64,000 bases of DNA from an uncultured Gammaproteobacteria bacterium. Lineage in GTDB: Bacteria; Pseudomonadota; Gammaproteobacteria; JAURND01. The notes beneath the pieces are model-generated. The model had not been told where the DNA came from and did no database searches. It was given only the letters and a program-made list of their open reading frames with translations. The DNA lies in assembly GCA_963714975.1 (NCBI GenBank), contig CAVQQD010000003.1, forward strand, positions 704,001 to 768,000, read 5' to 3'. Made by a program: the position numbers and the translations under genes. This document shows positions 30,875-41,591 of this stretch, one piece after another (positions within the stretch are counted from its first letter, which is position 1; every line of letters starts with the position of its first letter).

Positions 30875-33060
30875 TGTATTTCCAAACTCACTAGTTCTTT
30901 ATATAAACCCAGTTCCTGGATCAAATCCTCATGGCGTCCATGTTGCACAATTCTTCCAGACTTAATGACAATGATTTGATCACAATCGCGAATAGCGCTG
31001 AGTCTATGTGCAATAATAAAAAGAGTACAATTTATTTTTTTTAAATTATCATAAATTTGCTTTTCAATGGCAGGATCTAATGCTGAGGTTGCTTCATCTA
31101 ATATTAATAATTTTGGTTTGCCTAACAAGGCGCGAGCAATTTCTAAGCGTTGGACTTGACCACCGCTAAAATTTTTACCTCCCTCAGCAATTTTTGCATC
31201 TAAACCGCCACGGGTATTAATGACATCGCCAATGCAAGCTGCTGCCAATGCTTCTTGGATATCAGAGTCTTTTATATCCGGGTTCCATAAGGTCATATTA
31301 TCTCGGACGGATGCCTCAAATAAAAAAATACTCTGATTAACTAATCCAATAAATTTTGCATATTCAGAACGAGAAATTGTGTTTAATGGGTTTTCATAAA
31401 TTAATATTTCACCAGACCAGGGCTGAAAGAGACCGCAAATAAGATGAGACAAACTTGATTTCCCACCACCACTTGGACCAACAACTGCAACTCGTTCGCC
31501 AAGGTTTACTTTGATTGATAAGTCATAAAAAATGGGCTGTTCTAGTTTTGAATAGCCAAATTGTATTGAGCGCAATTCTAAAATAGGTTTAACAGCTTCA
31601 TTTGCTAAAAGAACAGTTTCATCCTTGCTTGATAAAATTTTTTCTATAGCATAGTGGTTCACGTCATTGATTCTAGCGAGATCACCTCTTACTTTATAAA
31701 GCGATTCTACCAGATTAAGTATATCTTTAAATGGCTTGTCGAAGCTAATTAATAGAATTTGGATAGCAATCAACATCCCTAGAGTTAATTGACCTTTAAG
31801 AATTAAGTAACTCCCTAAGCATAAAACAATAACTTGTTTTGTGCCATCTAAAAGTGTTGAAATTATTCTTAAAACAGCCGAATAAATTTCGATTTGTTGT
31901 TGGATGTTTATTTTTTTGGCATGATGTGCAGCCCAATAGTTAAAAAAATTATCTTCCACAGCATTGGATTTTAGTGTTTGCATTATTTCTATACCGTTCA
32001 TTTCTATTCCGGTTAATTTTCCTGCAGCTTGTGCAAAACGTCTTCCTGCATCTGTAACTTTTCTAGAAATAAGCCACAAAAAATAGGTATTTAAAAATGT
32101 TATAAAAATAATAACAATAGAAAGTTGCCAACTGAATAATATTATAACTAATCCAGAAAAAATCGTGGTAATTAACCCCACGGAACTATCAATGAACTGA
32201 TCTGCTAAAATATTAGAAATATGATTATAGGCTTCAACACGAGAAATAATATCACCTGAAGAGCGTTGCTGAAAAAAATTGAGTGGCAAGTGTAATAAAC
32301 GCCAAAAAAACTTGGTCGCTCCTACCAACTTTAATTTCATATATAAACGAATCAAATAGTATTTTTTTATCCAGGTCAAAAAGCCAATCATGATTGCAGT
32401 AAAGAACATAGCTGCTAATAAGTAACCAATCCAAGTATGCTGGTGTTGAATTAAAATATCATCTACAAAAATTTTTGCAAAAAATGATACAGCCAAAGTG
32501 GGAATTAATAATGCCAACCCAACGAAAATAATATATATAAAACTAGCCATAGATTTTCGTAAATAGCCAAGTAGTATTTTTAAAATGAATGGTTCAGGGG
32601 CGCCGGATTTTTTAAAGTTGTCTCCGGGTGTTAATACAAGAGCTACTCCAGTAAATCCTTGATCAAATTCGTGATAATTTACCTTTCGGGGACCAGTTTC
32701 AGGATCATTCAAATAGACGATATCTTTGCCAAAACCTTCAACCACTAAGTAGTGATTAAATTTCCAAAAAATAATGAATGGTGTTGGCATAAACTGCACG
32801 CTCTCCATGGTAAGTTGCATACCATGTGCGTCTAAACCATAGTGTCTTGCTGCTTTGATAATATTAATGGCTTTACTACCATCCCGAGTGACATCGCAAG
32901 CTTCACGTGCTTCAGAGGGAGTTAAATAACATCCATAAAAGGCAAGAATAATCGATAATGACACAGCACCACATTCAGCAGCATCCATCTGCAATATGGT
33001 AGGTGTTTTCACGCGCTTATTATTATTAAACAATCTTTTTATTAATAAACCGAATCCCAT
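30871..33060 (-). CDS. NHLM-type peptidase-containing ABC transporter (C39)
   Basis: TPTILQMDAAECGA (catalytic Cys), FNHYLVVEG (His), LNDP (Asp), GPSGGGKSS, FSGGQ, LDEATSALD. Confidence 0.92.
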   Translation of the reverse strand: MGFGLLIKRLFNNNKRVKTPTILQMDAAECGAVSLSIILAFYGCYLTPSEAREACDVTRDGSKAINIIKAARHYGLDAHGMQLTMESVQFMPTPFIIFWKFNHYLVVEGFGKDIVYLNDPETGPRKVNYHEFDQGFTGVALVLTPGDNFKKSGAPEPFILKILLGYLRKSMASFIYIIFVGLALLIPTLAVSFFAKIFVDDILIQHQHTWIGYLLAAMFFTAIMIGFLTWIKKYYLIRLYMKLKLVGATKFFWRLLHLPLNFFQQRSSGDIISRVEAYNHISNILADQFIDSSVGLITTIFSGLVIILFSWQLSIVIIFITFLNTYFLWLISRKVTDAGRRFAQAAGKLTGIEMNGIEIMQTLKSNAVEDNFFNYWAAHHAKKINIQQQIEIYSAVLRIISTLLDGTKQVIVLCLGSYLILKGQLTLGMLIAIQILLISFDKPFKDILNLVESLYKVRGDLARINDVNHYAIEKILSSKDETVLLANEAVKPILELRSIQFGYSKLEQPIFYDLSIKVNLGERVAVVGPSGGGKSSLSHLICGLFQPWSGEILIYENPLNTISRSEYAKFIGLVNQSIFLFEASVRDNMTLWNPDIKDSDIQEALAAACIGDVINTRGGLDAKIAEGGKNFSGGQVQRLEIARALLGKPKLLILDEATSALDPAIEKQIYDNLKKINCTLFIIAHRLSAIRDCDQIIVIKSGRIVQHGRHEDLIQELGLYKELVSLEIQ

Positions 33061-33061
33061 G

Positions 33062-34345
33062 TTACTCCCCAGAAACTTTTTTCAGGAAAGGAAGAACCAA
33101 GGACAGGGGACTTTGTTTTTCCGTCATCATATCTGCTTTAACCAGGGTTCCTGCTGTGACGTGGTAGGATGGGCCATTTGATGAAGTCCATTGCAAGCCT
33201 GAAGGATTATGCAAATTTTGTAATAATTTAATTCGCACCATAATTACTGGTCCTGATTTTAAAAAAGTATCGACTAGGCTTTTGTTCTTGAGTATATTTT
33301 GCATACTTTCAGGAGTGGAGGGTAAATGATCAACAAAAGTAACTTCTCCAATGATGTTACCAAATTCTAATACCCGAATCGTGCTGGGGCTTACGTGTGC
33401 GCGCATACCTTTTGTTACACGTTTGCCATCCTCGGCAGGAATATATACCCAAGTTTCTACTCCTTTACTAAGCGTAGCTATTTGAAAAGCCACTGTCCCT
33501 TGTGCCAGGAAATCTCCTGGTTTAATTTGAACGCTAGTGATAATACCCGTGACAGGACTTCTAATTTTGGTAGAAACCTGAAGTTTCCCAAGAAAATTTT
33601 GTAATTTATTTTGTTGTTCGATGATTTTTAAATTCAAAGTGCGAAGTTGTTCTTTCCAATTTTCTTCATAATTTCTTTCTGCAATGGAATAATCGAATAA
33701 GGACTTTTTTTGATTTTGCAGATCTTGACTGGCTGCTAGATAGTCAACGCGGATACGAGTTAGTTCAATTATAGTCGTTATCCCCTTTTTAAAAGCTGCT
33801 TCCTGTATATTCAATAAAATTTCTAACTCACTTACTTTTTTCTCACTTGCTCGAATTGTATTTTCAGTTTCTTGCTTTTGATGGTTTAATGCATCTTGGC
33901 TGCTTGCGATAGCGATTTTAGCTTGCTCCAATAATTTCAAATATTGGTTTTGCAAATTTTTAATATAGTCTTTCGTAGTTTGAATTTCACTTTCCAGTTC
34001 AGGATTATACAATTCGGCAACCACTTGATTTTCTTTGACCAAATCACCTAAGTACACTGAAGTGTTACGGATATAACCGCCAGTTTGTGGGGAAAAAATA
34101 CTTTCAATTTTTTGATTTTCGCTTAAAAGCAGACCTGGTCCAGAGACACGTACTTCAATACTACCGAAAATAGTCCATAAGATGATCGTCGCTAAAATAA
34201 TCCAAACAGTGAATAAGATTAACCAAGATAGGGGAGAGGTTACTTGAATAATGTCATCTAAGGTGCGAGACACATTAATATATTCTAACGCATGTTGTCG
34301 AAAAGGTGAGTCAGGCTGTATATTCTCTTCCTCTTTTTTCACCAA
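33062..34345 (-). CDS. NHLM-type HlyD family membrane fusion protein
   Basis: FRQHALE...LDDIIQVTSP.SW, TM helix, coiled coil, IRSPVTG, GLQWTSSNGP. Confidence 0.88.
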   Translation of the reverse strand: MVKKEEENIQPDSPFRQHALEYINVSRTLDDIIQVTSPLSWLILFTVWIILATIILWTIFGSIEVRVSGPGLLLSENQKIESIFSPQTGGYIRNTSVYLGDLVKENQVVAELYNPELESEIQTTKDYIKNLQNQYLKLLEQAKIAIASSQDALNHQKQETENTIRASEKKVSELEILLNIQEAAFKKGITTIIELTRIRVDYLAASQDLQNQKKSLFDYSIAERNYEENWKEQLRTLNLKIIEQQNKLQNFLGKLQVSTKIRSPVTGIITSVQIKPGDFLAQGTVAFQIATLSKGVETWVYIPAEDGKRVTKGMRAHVSPSTIRVLEFGNIIGEVTFVDHLPSTPESMQNILKNKSLVDTFLKSGPVIMVRIKLLQNLHNPSGLQWTSSNGPSYHVTAGTLVKADMMTEKQSPLSLVLPFLKKVSGE

Positions 34346-34348
34346 TAG

Positions 34349-34786
34349 TTATCCTTCAAGTTGTTGCTCAGTCATAGCACGTAAGCGCATGGATAATACG
34401 GGTAAAAGTTGCAAGGCAATTTCAGGGTAAGCTTGCATTTGTGCCCTAAAATCCCATTGTTCTAGCATCACACAATCCGTATCTTCTACTGCGCGCACCG
34501 TAGCGGAATAGGGCAAACCGTCGATAAGTGACATTTCGCCAATGATTTCTCCAGCGCCTAGCTGGGTAATGATTTTGGGATGGGCAGTTTGCATCCTTTT
34601 TATGACTTCAACTTTGCCTCGCGTAATGATATAACAAGCCATACCAGGCTTATGTTCCTCGATGATTATCTCTCCGGCTTGAAATGATTTAAATTGGGCG
34701 AGGTCTGCGAGTCGATAAATGACTTCAGGACTTAGATTTGAAAAGAGTGAACTTTTTCCGATTAATTTTGATATTTCTTGCATCAT
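34349..34786 (-). CDS. cyclic nucleotide-binding domain protein
   Basis: LFSNL, GEIII.E, YIITRGKVEV, GEIIGEMSLIDG.PYSATV. Confidence 0.88.
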   Translation of the reverse strand: MMQEISKLIGKSSLFSNLSPEVIYRLADLAQFKSFQAGEIIIEEHKPGMACYIITRGKVEVIKRMQTAHPKIITQLGAGEIIGEMSLIDGLPYSATVRAVEDTDCVMLEQWDFRAQMQAYPEIALQLLPVLSMRLRAMTEQQLEG

Positions 34787-34847
34787 ACCATCCTTGGCCG
34801 CCCTCGCCCCTTAGGACAACGACGAAAGTAGTTACAAATTGAGAAGA

Positions 34848-34876
34848 ATTATAGTGAAGCACATTGCTAAATACAA
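34848..34876 (-). promoter_or_regulatory. sigma70-like promoter of the export operon
   Basis: Minus strand TTGTAT-N17-TATAAT about 60 bp upstream of the cNMP-binding gene. Confidence 0.55.
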
Positions 34877-34920
34877 TAGCTTTGGTAAATCCCTGTTTTT
34901 TTTGCTTTGTTTATCCATCG

Positions 34921-35024
34921 TGCCGTAAGACCCCGTCATTCATGGCGGGGATGTAAGGCACTCCTTCGATTATCAAATTGCGCCGAAAAACACCTTCCTT
35001 CAGGAAGGTGATGAAAAGCGCGCG
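34921..35024. mobile_element. IS200/IS605-like end hairpins (relic)
   Basis: CCGTAAGACCCCGTCATTCATGGCGGGGATGTAAGGC and CACCTTCCTTCAGGAAGGTG hairpins. Confidence 0.5.
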
Positions 35025-35322
35025 TTTTGTGACTAGTTCAGTATTTAGAATTTCGTTGGCGTGTAAAGAAACAATTTAATGATATTACCACTGAAAGAAC
35101 ACTGATGGATCCATCAGATAGAGAAGTTGCTAAAGATTTAGATTTTATGCAAGAGAAACTTAAATTGGTGGGCGGTCGATAGAAGTCAAAAAAATGGTTC
35201 TGTGTCGCTAGCACGCAATCTGTCCGGTTTTGGGACCAGCTAAGTTAAACAAACCTGGTATGAAATCACCAGCCCAAAATCACAAAAAATAAAAAATATA
35301 CAAAGATCATGACCAACACAGC

Positions 35323-38300
35323 TTATTGGATTTGAGGAGAGAGCAAATAGTTAGCTATTTGCTCCGCAAAGCTCATAATATTGTAATGCGAGCAAGGTAA
35401 ATTAATTATCTTTAATTTTTTACAATAGGCACTAAGGTTATTATCTTTTAATGACAACATATGCCTAGATAATTCATCATCCATTTGCGGTCGAGGCCCA
35501 ACTTGCATTGCTTTAAATAAAATGACCTGAGTATCATTCAAATGCCCGGTCAATTGAGAATTGAGAATATTTATTTCTTCATAAAAAGCAAGCATAACTC
35601 GTTCTATGTAACTTGGATCAAATCCTGCTTGAATATAATTATCTTTGGTTCTTTGCTTTGAATCGAACTCTTTTCGTTTTAATTTTATATAACTATCAGG
35701 CAATATAGTATCCAACAAACATACCATTATATTTTTTATTCCTTTTTGCTCCAAAAGATAAGCCACTTCCAACGCTATGTGACCACCCAAGGACCAACCT
35801 AAAAAATAATAATGAACTTTGCGTTGAAAGGACTCTATATGTTGCAAATATAATTTGGCTAATTTTTCTAAGTTATCAATTTTATTTTCATGAGATAAAT
35901 TATAGTTTTCTATTCCTAAACAATAATATTGAGTTTCTAATTTATTAGCTAAGTCTAGATAGACTTCAGTATCAGTTCTTGCTGGATGAATCATAAATAA
36001 ATTATTTTTTTGCCCTTTGTTGTTATTTAAAGATACGATGGGTTGATAATTATTTTCTTTTTTCAAAAATCCTGCAAGAGATTTAATACTTCTGAATGTG
36101 AAGAAAATTGATGGCTTTATGGTAACTATTTCTTTTTCCATAATCACCAATGTTTTTATGGCCAAGATAGAATTACCACCCATTTTAAAAAAATCATCAG
36201 TTATCCCTATTTTGTCTATATGTAAAACTCTCTCCCAAATACTGACTAATTTCGTCTCTAATGCATCCCGAGGTGCTACATAATTGGTTGCCGCCTTAAA
36301 CTCGGGTGCCGGTAAGGCGCGACGGTCTAGTTTGCCGCTACTGGTCAAGGGTAAAGACTCTAAATACACGAATGCATTGGGGATCATGTAATCCGGTAAT
36401 TTCGTGACTAAGTGCTTAATTAAACGATCCTCGCTGATTGGTTTTTCTGCTACATAATAGGCCACTAGGGATTTCGTTCCTTCCCGTTCGTGAACCGTGA
36501 CCACACTGCGCTTGATTGTGGGATAATCGCGTAAATCACTCTCGATTTCTCCTAGTTCAATGCGATACCCGCGAATCTTGACTTGAAAATCATTGCGGCC
36601 GATATATTCTAAATTCCCATCCGGAAGCCAACGCACTAAGTCTCCAGTTTTATACAAACGGTCATAACCCTTCGCTTGATCTTCTGGGGTTGCAAAGGGA
36701 TTGGCAACAAATCGTTCCGCCGTTAATTCCGGTCGATTTAAATAACCCCGGGCCACCTGCACTCCACCGATATACAGCTCACCTATCACACCTACTGGCA
36801 TGGGTTGTCGGGCTGCATCTAATATATAGACTTTAGTATTATCAACAGGGCGGCCCATATAAACTGCTTTTATTCCGGGATGACAAGCAAATTGAGTCGC
36901 GTTAAGCGTTGTTTCGGTAGGACCGTATAAATTTTGAAATGCCACATGGGGGTAGAGATGGTTAAATTGCGTATAAACTTTAAGGGCTAAGGCTTCTCCG
37001 CCAGAAAATACGGTGAGTAATGCAGGGCTTGGGTTCAAATTCGCTCCATTCATCACTATCCAATCTAGATAAGCCTGCAGCATCGATGGCACAAAGTAGA
37101 CGCGAGTGATGTCGTATTGGTAGAGGGCGGTATAGACTTCCGCAGGAATACGGTGCGCCCCCGGCGTCATCAATACCGATTGCCCACCGCAAATCAGTGG
37201 TAACAATAATTCCCGAACTGAAGGCTCAAAACAATAGGAGGTTTTTTGCAAGATTTTATCTTGTGAGTTAATGTGATATTTTCGCTGCATTCCCACCAAT
37301 CGATTTACTAATGCGCCATGCTGAATCATCACTCCTTTTGGATGACCGGTAGTCCCTGAAGTATAAATCACATACACCAAACTTTCAGGTGGGTAGTTAA
37401 TTTCTAGCCCCTGCTTGTCTTCTTCCAGGTAGTTTTCTTGGTCTAACAAAATCAATTGATGCGTCTCGCCTGTCATCCCGGCTTCGACCAACCGGCTCTG
37501 CGTCAGAATCACTTTAGTTTGAATATCCCCTAGAATGTAGTGCAGCCGTTCGGGCGGGGAGTTTGTATCCAGCGGTACATAAGCCGCTCCTGATTTGAGA
37601 ATCCCCCATATTCCTATCACCATCTCCAAACTGCGTTCCACACAAAGCCCAATTAAAGTATCCGGAGTTAAATTTTCTTGCGTTTGATCGAAGTACACGC
37701 GGCGAATATATCGCGCTAACTGGTTCGATTTCTCATCTAACTCCTGATAGCTTAGCGATTTTTCTTCATAAACTACGGCCGTATTCCCGGGAACCTTTTT
37801 TACCTGCTCTGCAAATAACTCCAAAATAGTTTGATCTTGGGGATAATCACGGTCCGTCTCGTTCCAACGATATATCGTCTGCTCGTATTCCTCTGGATCC
37901 AATAAACTTAATTGACTATGCGATTGATGCAGCTGATCCGGAATTCCACGCAAAATCCTTTCCATCTGGCTCAACAATCTCCCTGCTTTAGCATCACTGA
38001 GGTATTCTCCCGCATATTTTAAATTCACCTGTAAACCTTTCGCAGTTTCATAGGCCACAATACACAAAGGATAATCTAATTTTTCCATTGCATTCCTGAA
38101 TTTAAATTTCAAGCTGCCCGCTTTGGCTTCGCCTACTGGGTAATTTGCAAAAATAAATAAACTATGAAATAAACGTTGGCCTGCGGTTTGTAAATGCGCT
38201 AAATTGATATAACTGTGATTGTTTAATTCCGTGGTATATTGATGGATAAGACCCAATTGTGCTTGGACTGTTCTCTCCTGCCAATCAATAATCAAGGGCA

Positions 38301-41292
38301 GGGTATTGATATATAAACCCACACTTTCTTCAATTCCCGCTATGGGCAGGCCGCGTCCCGATACCGTCGTCCCTACCACCGTCACGGCATCGCGGGTGTA
38401 TACCTGCAGTAATTTGTGCCAGGCCAATTGCAGCAGTACATTGAGAGTAATCCCTTCACTCCGCGCCAAGGTTTTCAAACGATGATACAACGCGCCACCC
38501 ACACTCAGCTGCGCCTCACGTCCTTCTCGAACCTCACGCAGCGTGTCTAAATCCGCAGGCTGGGTGAATAATGCATTCAGATCATTCACCTGCTCCATCG
38601 CCTTCATCCGCTCTTGCCAATACGCCTGCACTTCGCTTTGATGGGCGTGGAAATACCGTTGCGCCGCAGCATAGGCCCGATCTTCTACTACACTCAGCAC
38701 CTTACCGCGCAATCCTGCTTCATAGTATTCATGCACTCGCTGAAACAGGATCGGATAACTCCAGCCATCCGTGATGCTGTGATGCATACTCAATAGCAAT
38801 GTCCCATAATCTTCGGACTGCATGATCCAATGCAGGCGCAATAACCCAGGTTTTGATAAGTCAAACCTTTCCTGCCAATCTTTCGCACGAATTGATTCAA
38901 CTGCTTCCTCTTTATTTTTCTCTGCGCTGATATCATGCTCCGTCCACGGTATTTCTCGGTAATCGGTGATGATTTGCAGAAGCTCTTCTTCCCAATTGAA
39001 GCACACTCTCAATCCCGGAAAACAACCCAGGACATAACGCCAGGCCGCCTGTAATTGTTGGGTATCCATCGCTTGTGGATAATCTACCAAAAGCTGCAAT
39101 CGATAGGCCTCATCTTCTGGATAGGTTAACGCATGATAAATAAACCCCTGCTGCAAGCTACTTGCGGGATACAGGTCTTCCAAGCGATATCGATCTTGTA
39201 ATCGATTCAGTAATTCTTGACGGATTTTTACTGTAGGAAAATCACTGGGCGTATAAACCGATTCACCCGACCTCAGTCGTTGCGCACAATGATCAATGAC
39301 CTTTTCCAAATACCGGCGGAATACGCCCCCAAATCCCAAACTCACAGGCAGCTGACTATGAATACTAAACTGCAATTGATTTTCTGCTATCAGGCCATTG
39401 AGAGTGAGCACATTATTGTCTCGATTTCCCGATCCCCAGTTCGCACCTGAGCTTTCATTGGTTATCACCCACTCGGCCGAGGCAAATTGGCCCAAGTAAT
39501 TAAAGCTAATTTCCGGTAATGAATGCGATGACAACGCCGCTGATTCTCCCCACTGCTTTAATGCTCCGTAGCCCAAGCCTTTATGCGGTATCCCACGTAA
39601 GCTTTCTTTGATCTGCTGAATACTTTGCCCCATCTCTTGTGCCAGCTCTAATCGCACAGGAAACATCGTCGTAAACCAACCCACGGTCCGACTCACATCC
39701 ACGAGCTCACTGAATGGTTCTCGACCATGCCCTTCTAAAGTGATATAGCTTAGTGCTGCTCCATGCCACTCCTTAAGTGCGTAACTTAAGGCGGTGAGCA
39801 GTAAATCATTGATCTGTGTGTGATAGGCTAGGTTCGCTCCCCTCAATAACACTTGTGTGTATTCTCGGCTCAATTTGAACTCTTCCTCGTGTGCTTCTTC
39901 AGCAAGATGCGAGTAACCACGATAAGAGGGCTGATCACGTATAAGCGCTTCCCAATAAGCCTTCTCGTCCTGGTGATGCTTTGCATAGGACTTCACTTCT
40001 TCCACCCATTGCCGGTAACTGCTGCTTTTCTCTCCCAATGATTCTCCATCATATAAGCGCCGCAGATCTTCGGTTAATATTCTCCACGATACCGAGTCCA
40101 CAATTAAATGATGCAGCGCCAGATATATTCGTGCACTGCCGTCCGTATATCCTTCCACATAACCCGCTTGCCACAAGGGCCCCTTGCCTATATGAAAATG
40201 GCTTTGCCATTCCGTAAAAAGCGCTCTTCTTTCCGTCTCACGCCAACCACCCGCATCGCTTTGTCTTAAGGGCGCTATTGTTATATGCTCTTGATAGGTT
40301 TGCATCCCTTTTTCACTAAACCTTAACCTCAATGCATCGTGATGTGTCGCTAAAGCGTTTAACAACGCTGGAAGTTTCAGCACATCCAGAAGCGGCGTTT
40401 TGATGAGAAAAGATTGATTCCAGTGCTCCGGATGATTCCAGCGTTGTTGAAAGAACCACTGCTGCACTGGCAGAAATTCAAAACTACCCGTCAAGGCGCC
40501 TTGTTCTGCTGTGCAAACATGCTCTCCAGTCAGTGGTACGTGAACTACTAACTGGGCAATGCGACGATAGCTAAAGATATCTTTTACCGAAAGGCTTAAT
40601 CCCAAATGCCGCAGGCGAGAGGTTAATTGAATACTTAAAATGCTATCCCCGCCTAATCGGAAAAAATCATCTTCTATCCCCACGCGTTGCAGATGCAATA
40701 CTTGCTGCCACACTTCGACCATTTTCGCTTCTAATTCATTGCGGGGCGCTACATAACTGGCAGCTGCCTTGCATTCTGGTTCTGGTAAGGCGCGACGGTC
40801 TAGTTTGCCACTACTGGTCAAGGGCAAAGACTCTAGATGCACGAATACACTGGGGATCATGTAATCTGGTAATTTCGTGGCTAAGTGCTCTAGTAAACGA
40901 TCATCGCTGATCGGTTTTTCTGCTACGTAATAGGCCACTAACGATTTCGTTCCTTCTCTTTCGTGAACCATGATTACACTGTGCTTGATCGTGGGATAAT
41001 TGCGTAAATTATTTTCAATCTCTCCTAACTCAATCCTAAACCCACGAATCTTAACTTGAAAATCATTGCGGCCGATATATTCTAAGTTCCCATCTGGAAA
41101 CCAACGCACTAAGTCCCCGGTTTTGTATAGGCGGTCGTAACCTCTCGCTTGATCTTCTGGAGTGGCAAAGGGATTGGCAATAAATCGTTCGGCCGTTAAT
41201 TCCGGCCGATTTAAATAACCCCGAGCGACCTGTACTCCACCGATATAAAGCTCACCTATCACGCCCACTGGATGCCGGTTGTCGAGCTGCAT
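35323..41292 (-). CDS. NRPS fragment: end of A2, then T2-E-C-A3-T3-TE
   Basis: LYKTGDL, GGDSI, E motifs HHLIVDSVSW/EGHGRE/RTVGWFT, C motif HHSITDGWS, YTSGTTGHPKG, GGNSI, TE GWSLGG. Confidence 0.92.
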   Translation of the reverse strand: MQLDNRHPVGVIGELYIGGVQVARGYLNRPELTAERFIANPFATPEDQARGYDRLYKTGDLVRWFPDGNLEYIGRNDFQVKIRGFRIELGEIENNLRNYPTIKHSVIMVHEREGTKSLVAYYVAEKPISDDRLLEHLATKLPDYMIPSVFVHLESLPLTSSGKLDRRALPEPECKAAASYVAPRNELEAKMVEVWQQVLHLQRVGIEDDFFRLGGDSILSIQLTSRLRHLGLSLSVKDIFSYRRIAQLVVHVPLTGEHVCTAEQGALTGSFEFLPVQQWFFQQRWNHPEHWNQSFLIKTPLLDVLKLPALLNALATHHDALRLRFSEKGMQTYQEHITIAPLRQSDAGGWRETERRALFTEWQSHFHIGKGPLWQAGYVEGYTDGSARIYLALHHLIVDSVSWRILTEDLRRLYDGESLGEKSSSYRQWVEEVKSYAKHHQDEKAYWEALIRDQPSYRGYSHLAEEAHEEEFKLSREYTQVLLRGANLAYHTQINDLLLTALSYALKEWHGAALSYITLEGHGREPFSELVDVSRTVGWFTTMFPVRLELAQEMGQSIQQIKESLRGIPHKGLGYGALKQWGESAALSSHSLPEISFNYLGQFASAEWVITNESSGANWGSGNRDNNVLTLNGLIAENQLQFSIHSQLPVSLGFGGVFRRYLEKVIDHCAQRLRSGESVYTPSDFPTVKIRQELLNRLQDRYRLEDLYPASSLQQGFIYHALTYPEDEAYRLQLLVDYPQAMDTQQLQAAWRYVLGCFPGLRVCFNWEEELLQIITDYREIPWTEHDISAEKNKEEAVESIRAKDWQERFDLSKPGLLRLHWIMQSEDYGTLLLSMHHSITDGWSYPILFQRVHEYYEAGLRGKVLSVVEDRAYAAAQRYFHAHQSEVQAYWQERMKAMEQVNDLNALFTQPADLDTLREVREGREAQLSVGGALYHRLKTLARSEGITLNVLLQLAWHKLLQVYTRDAVTVVGTTVSGRGLPIAGIEESVGLYINTLPLIIDWQERTVQAQLGLIHQYTTELNNHSYINLAHLQTAGQRLFHSLFIFANYPVGEAKAGSLKFKFRNAMEKLDYPLCIVAYETAKGLQVNLKYAGEYLSDAKAGRLLSQMERILRGIPDQLHQSHSQLSLLDPEEYEQTIYRWNETDRDYPQDQTILELFAEQVKKVPGNTAVVYEEKSLSYQELDEKSNQLARYIRRVYFDQTQENLTPDTLIGLCVERSLEMVIGIWGILKSGAAYVPLDTNSPPERLHYILGDIQTKVILTQSRLVEAGMTGETHQLILLDQENYLEEDKQGLEINYPPESLVYVIYTSGTTGHPKGVMIQHGALVNRLVGMQRKYHINSQDKILQKTSYCFEPSVRELLLPLICGGQSVLMTPGAHRIPAEVYTALYQYDITRVYFVPSMLQAYLDWIVMNGANLNPSPALLTVFSGGEALALKVYTQFNHLYPHVAFQNLYGPTETTLNATQFACHPGIKAVYMGRPVDNTKVYILDAARQPMPVGVIGELYIGGVQVARGYLNRPELTAERFVANPFATPEDQAKGYDRLYKTGDLVRWLPDGNLEYIGRNDFQVKIRGYRIELGEIESDLRDYPTIKRSVVTVHEREGTKSLVAYYVAEKPISEDRLIKHLVTKLPDYMIPNAFVYLESLPLTSSGKLDRRALPAPEFKAATNYVAPRDALETKLVSIWERVLHIDKIGITDDFFKMGGNSILAIKTLVIMEKEIVTIKPSIFFTFRSIKSLAGFLKKENNYQPIVSLNNNKGQKNNLFMIHPARTDTEVYLDLANKLETQYYCLGIENYNLSHENKIDNLEKLAKLYLQHIESFQRKVHYYFLGWSLGGHIALEVAYLLEQKGIKNIMVCLLDTILPDSYIKLKRKEFDSKQRTKDNYIQAGFDPSYIERVMLAFYEEINILNSQLTGHLNDTQVILFKAMQVGPRPQMDDELSRHMLSLKDNNLSAYCKKLKIINLPCSHYNIMSFAEQIANYLLSPQIQ

Positions 41293-41566
41293 CTAATACA
41301 TAAACTTTTGTATTATCAACAGGGCGGCCCATATAAATTGCTTTTATCCCGGGATGACAGGTAAATTGAGTCACGTCAATGGTTGTTTCAGTAGGACCGT
41401 ATAAATTTTGAAATGCCACATGAGGGTAGAGACGGTGAAATTGCGAATAAATTTGAAGCGCTAAGGCTTCTCCACCACAAAATACAGTGAGTAATTCAGA
41501 GGGTAGATTTGAATTGGTCCTATCCGTAATTATCCAATCTAGATAAGCCTGTAGCATTGACGGCAC
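41252..41566 (-). CDS. NRPS fragment: middle of A2, between two single-base frameshifts
   Basis: VFCGGEAL, NLYGPTETTIDVT; one extra base near 41622 and near 41272 relative to the A1 copy. Confidence 0.8.
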   Translation of the reverse strand: MPSMLQAYLDWIITDRTNSNLPSELLTVFCGGEALALQIYSQFHRLYPHVAFQNLYGPTETTIDVTQFTCHPGIKAIYMGRPVDNTKVYVLDAARQPASSGRDR

Positions 41567-41591
41567 AAATTGGACGCGAGTAATCTCATAT

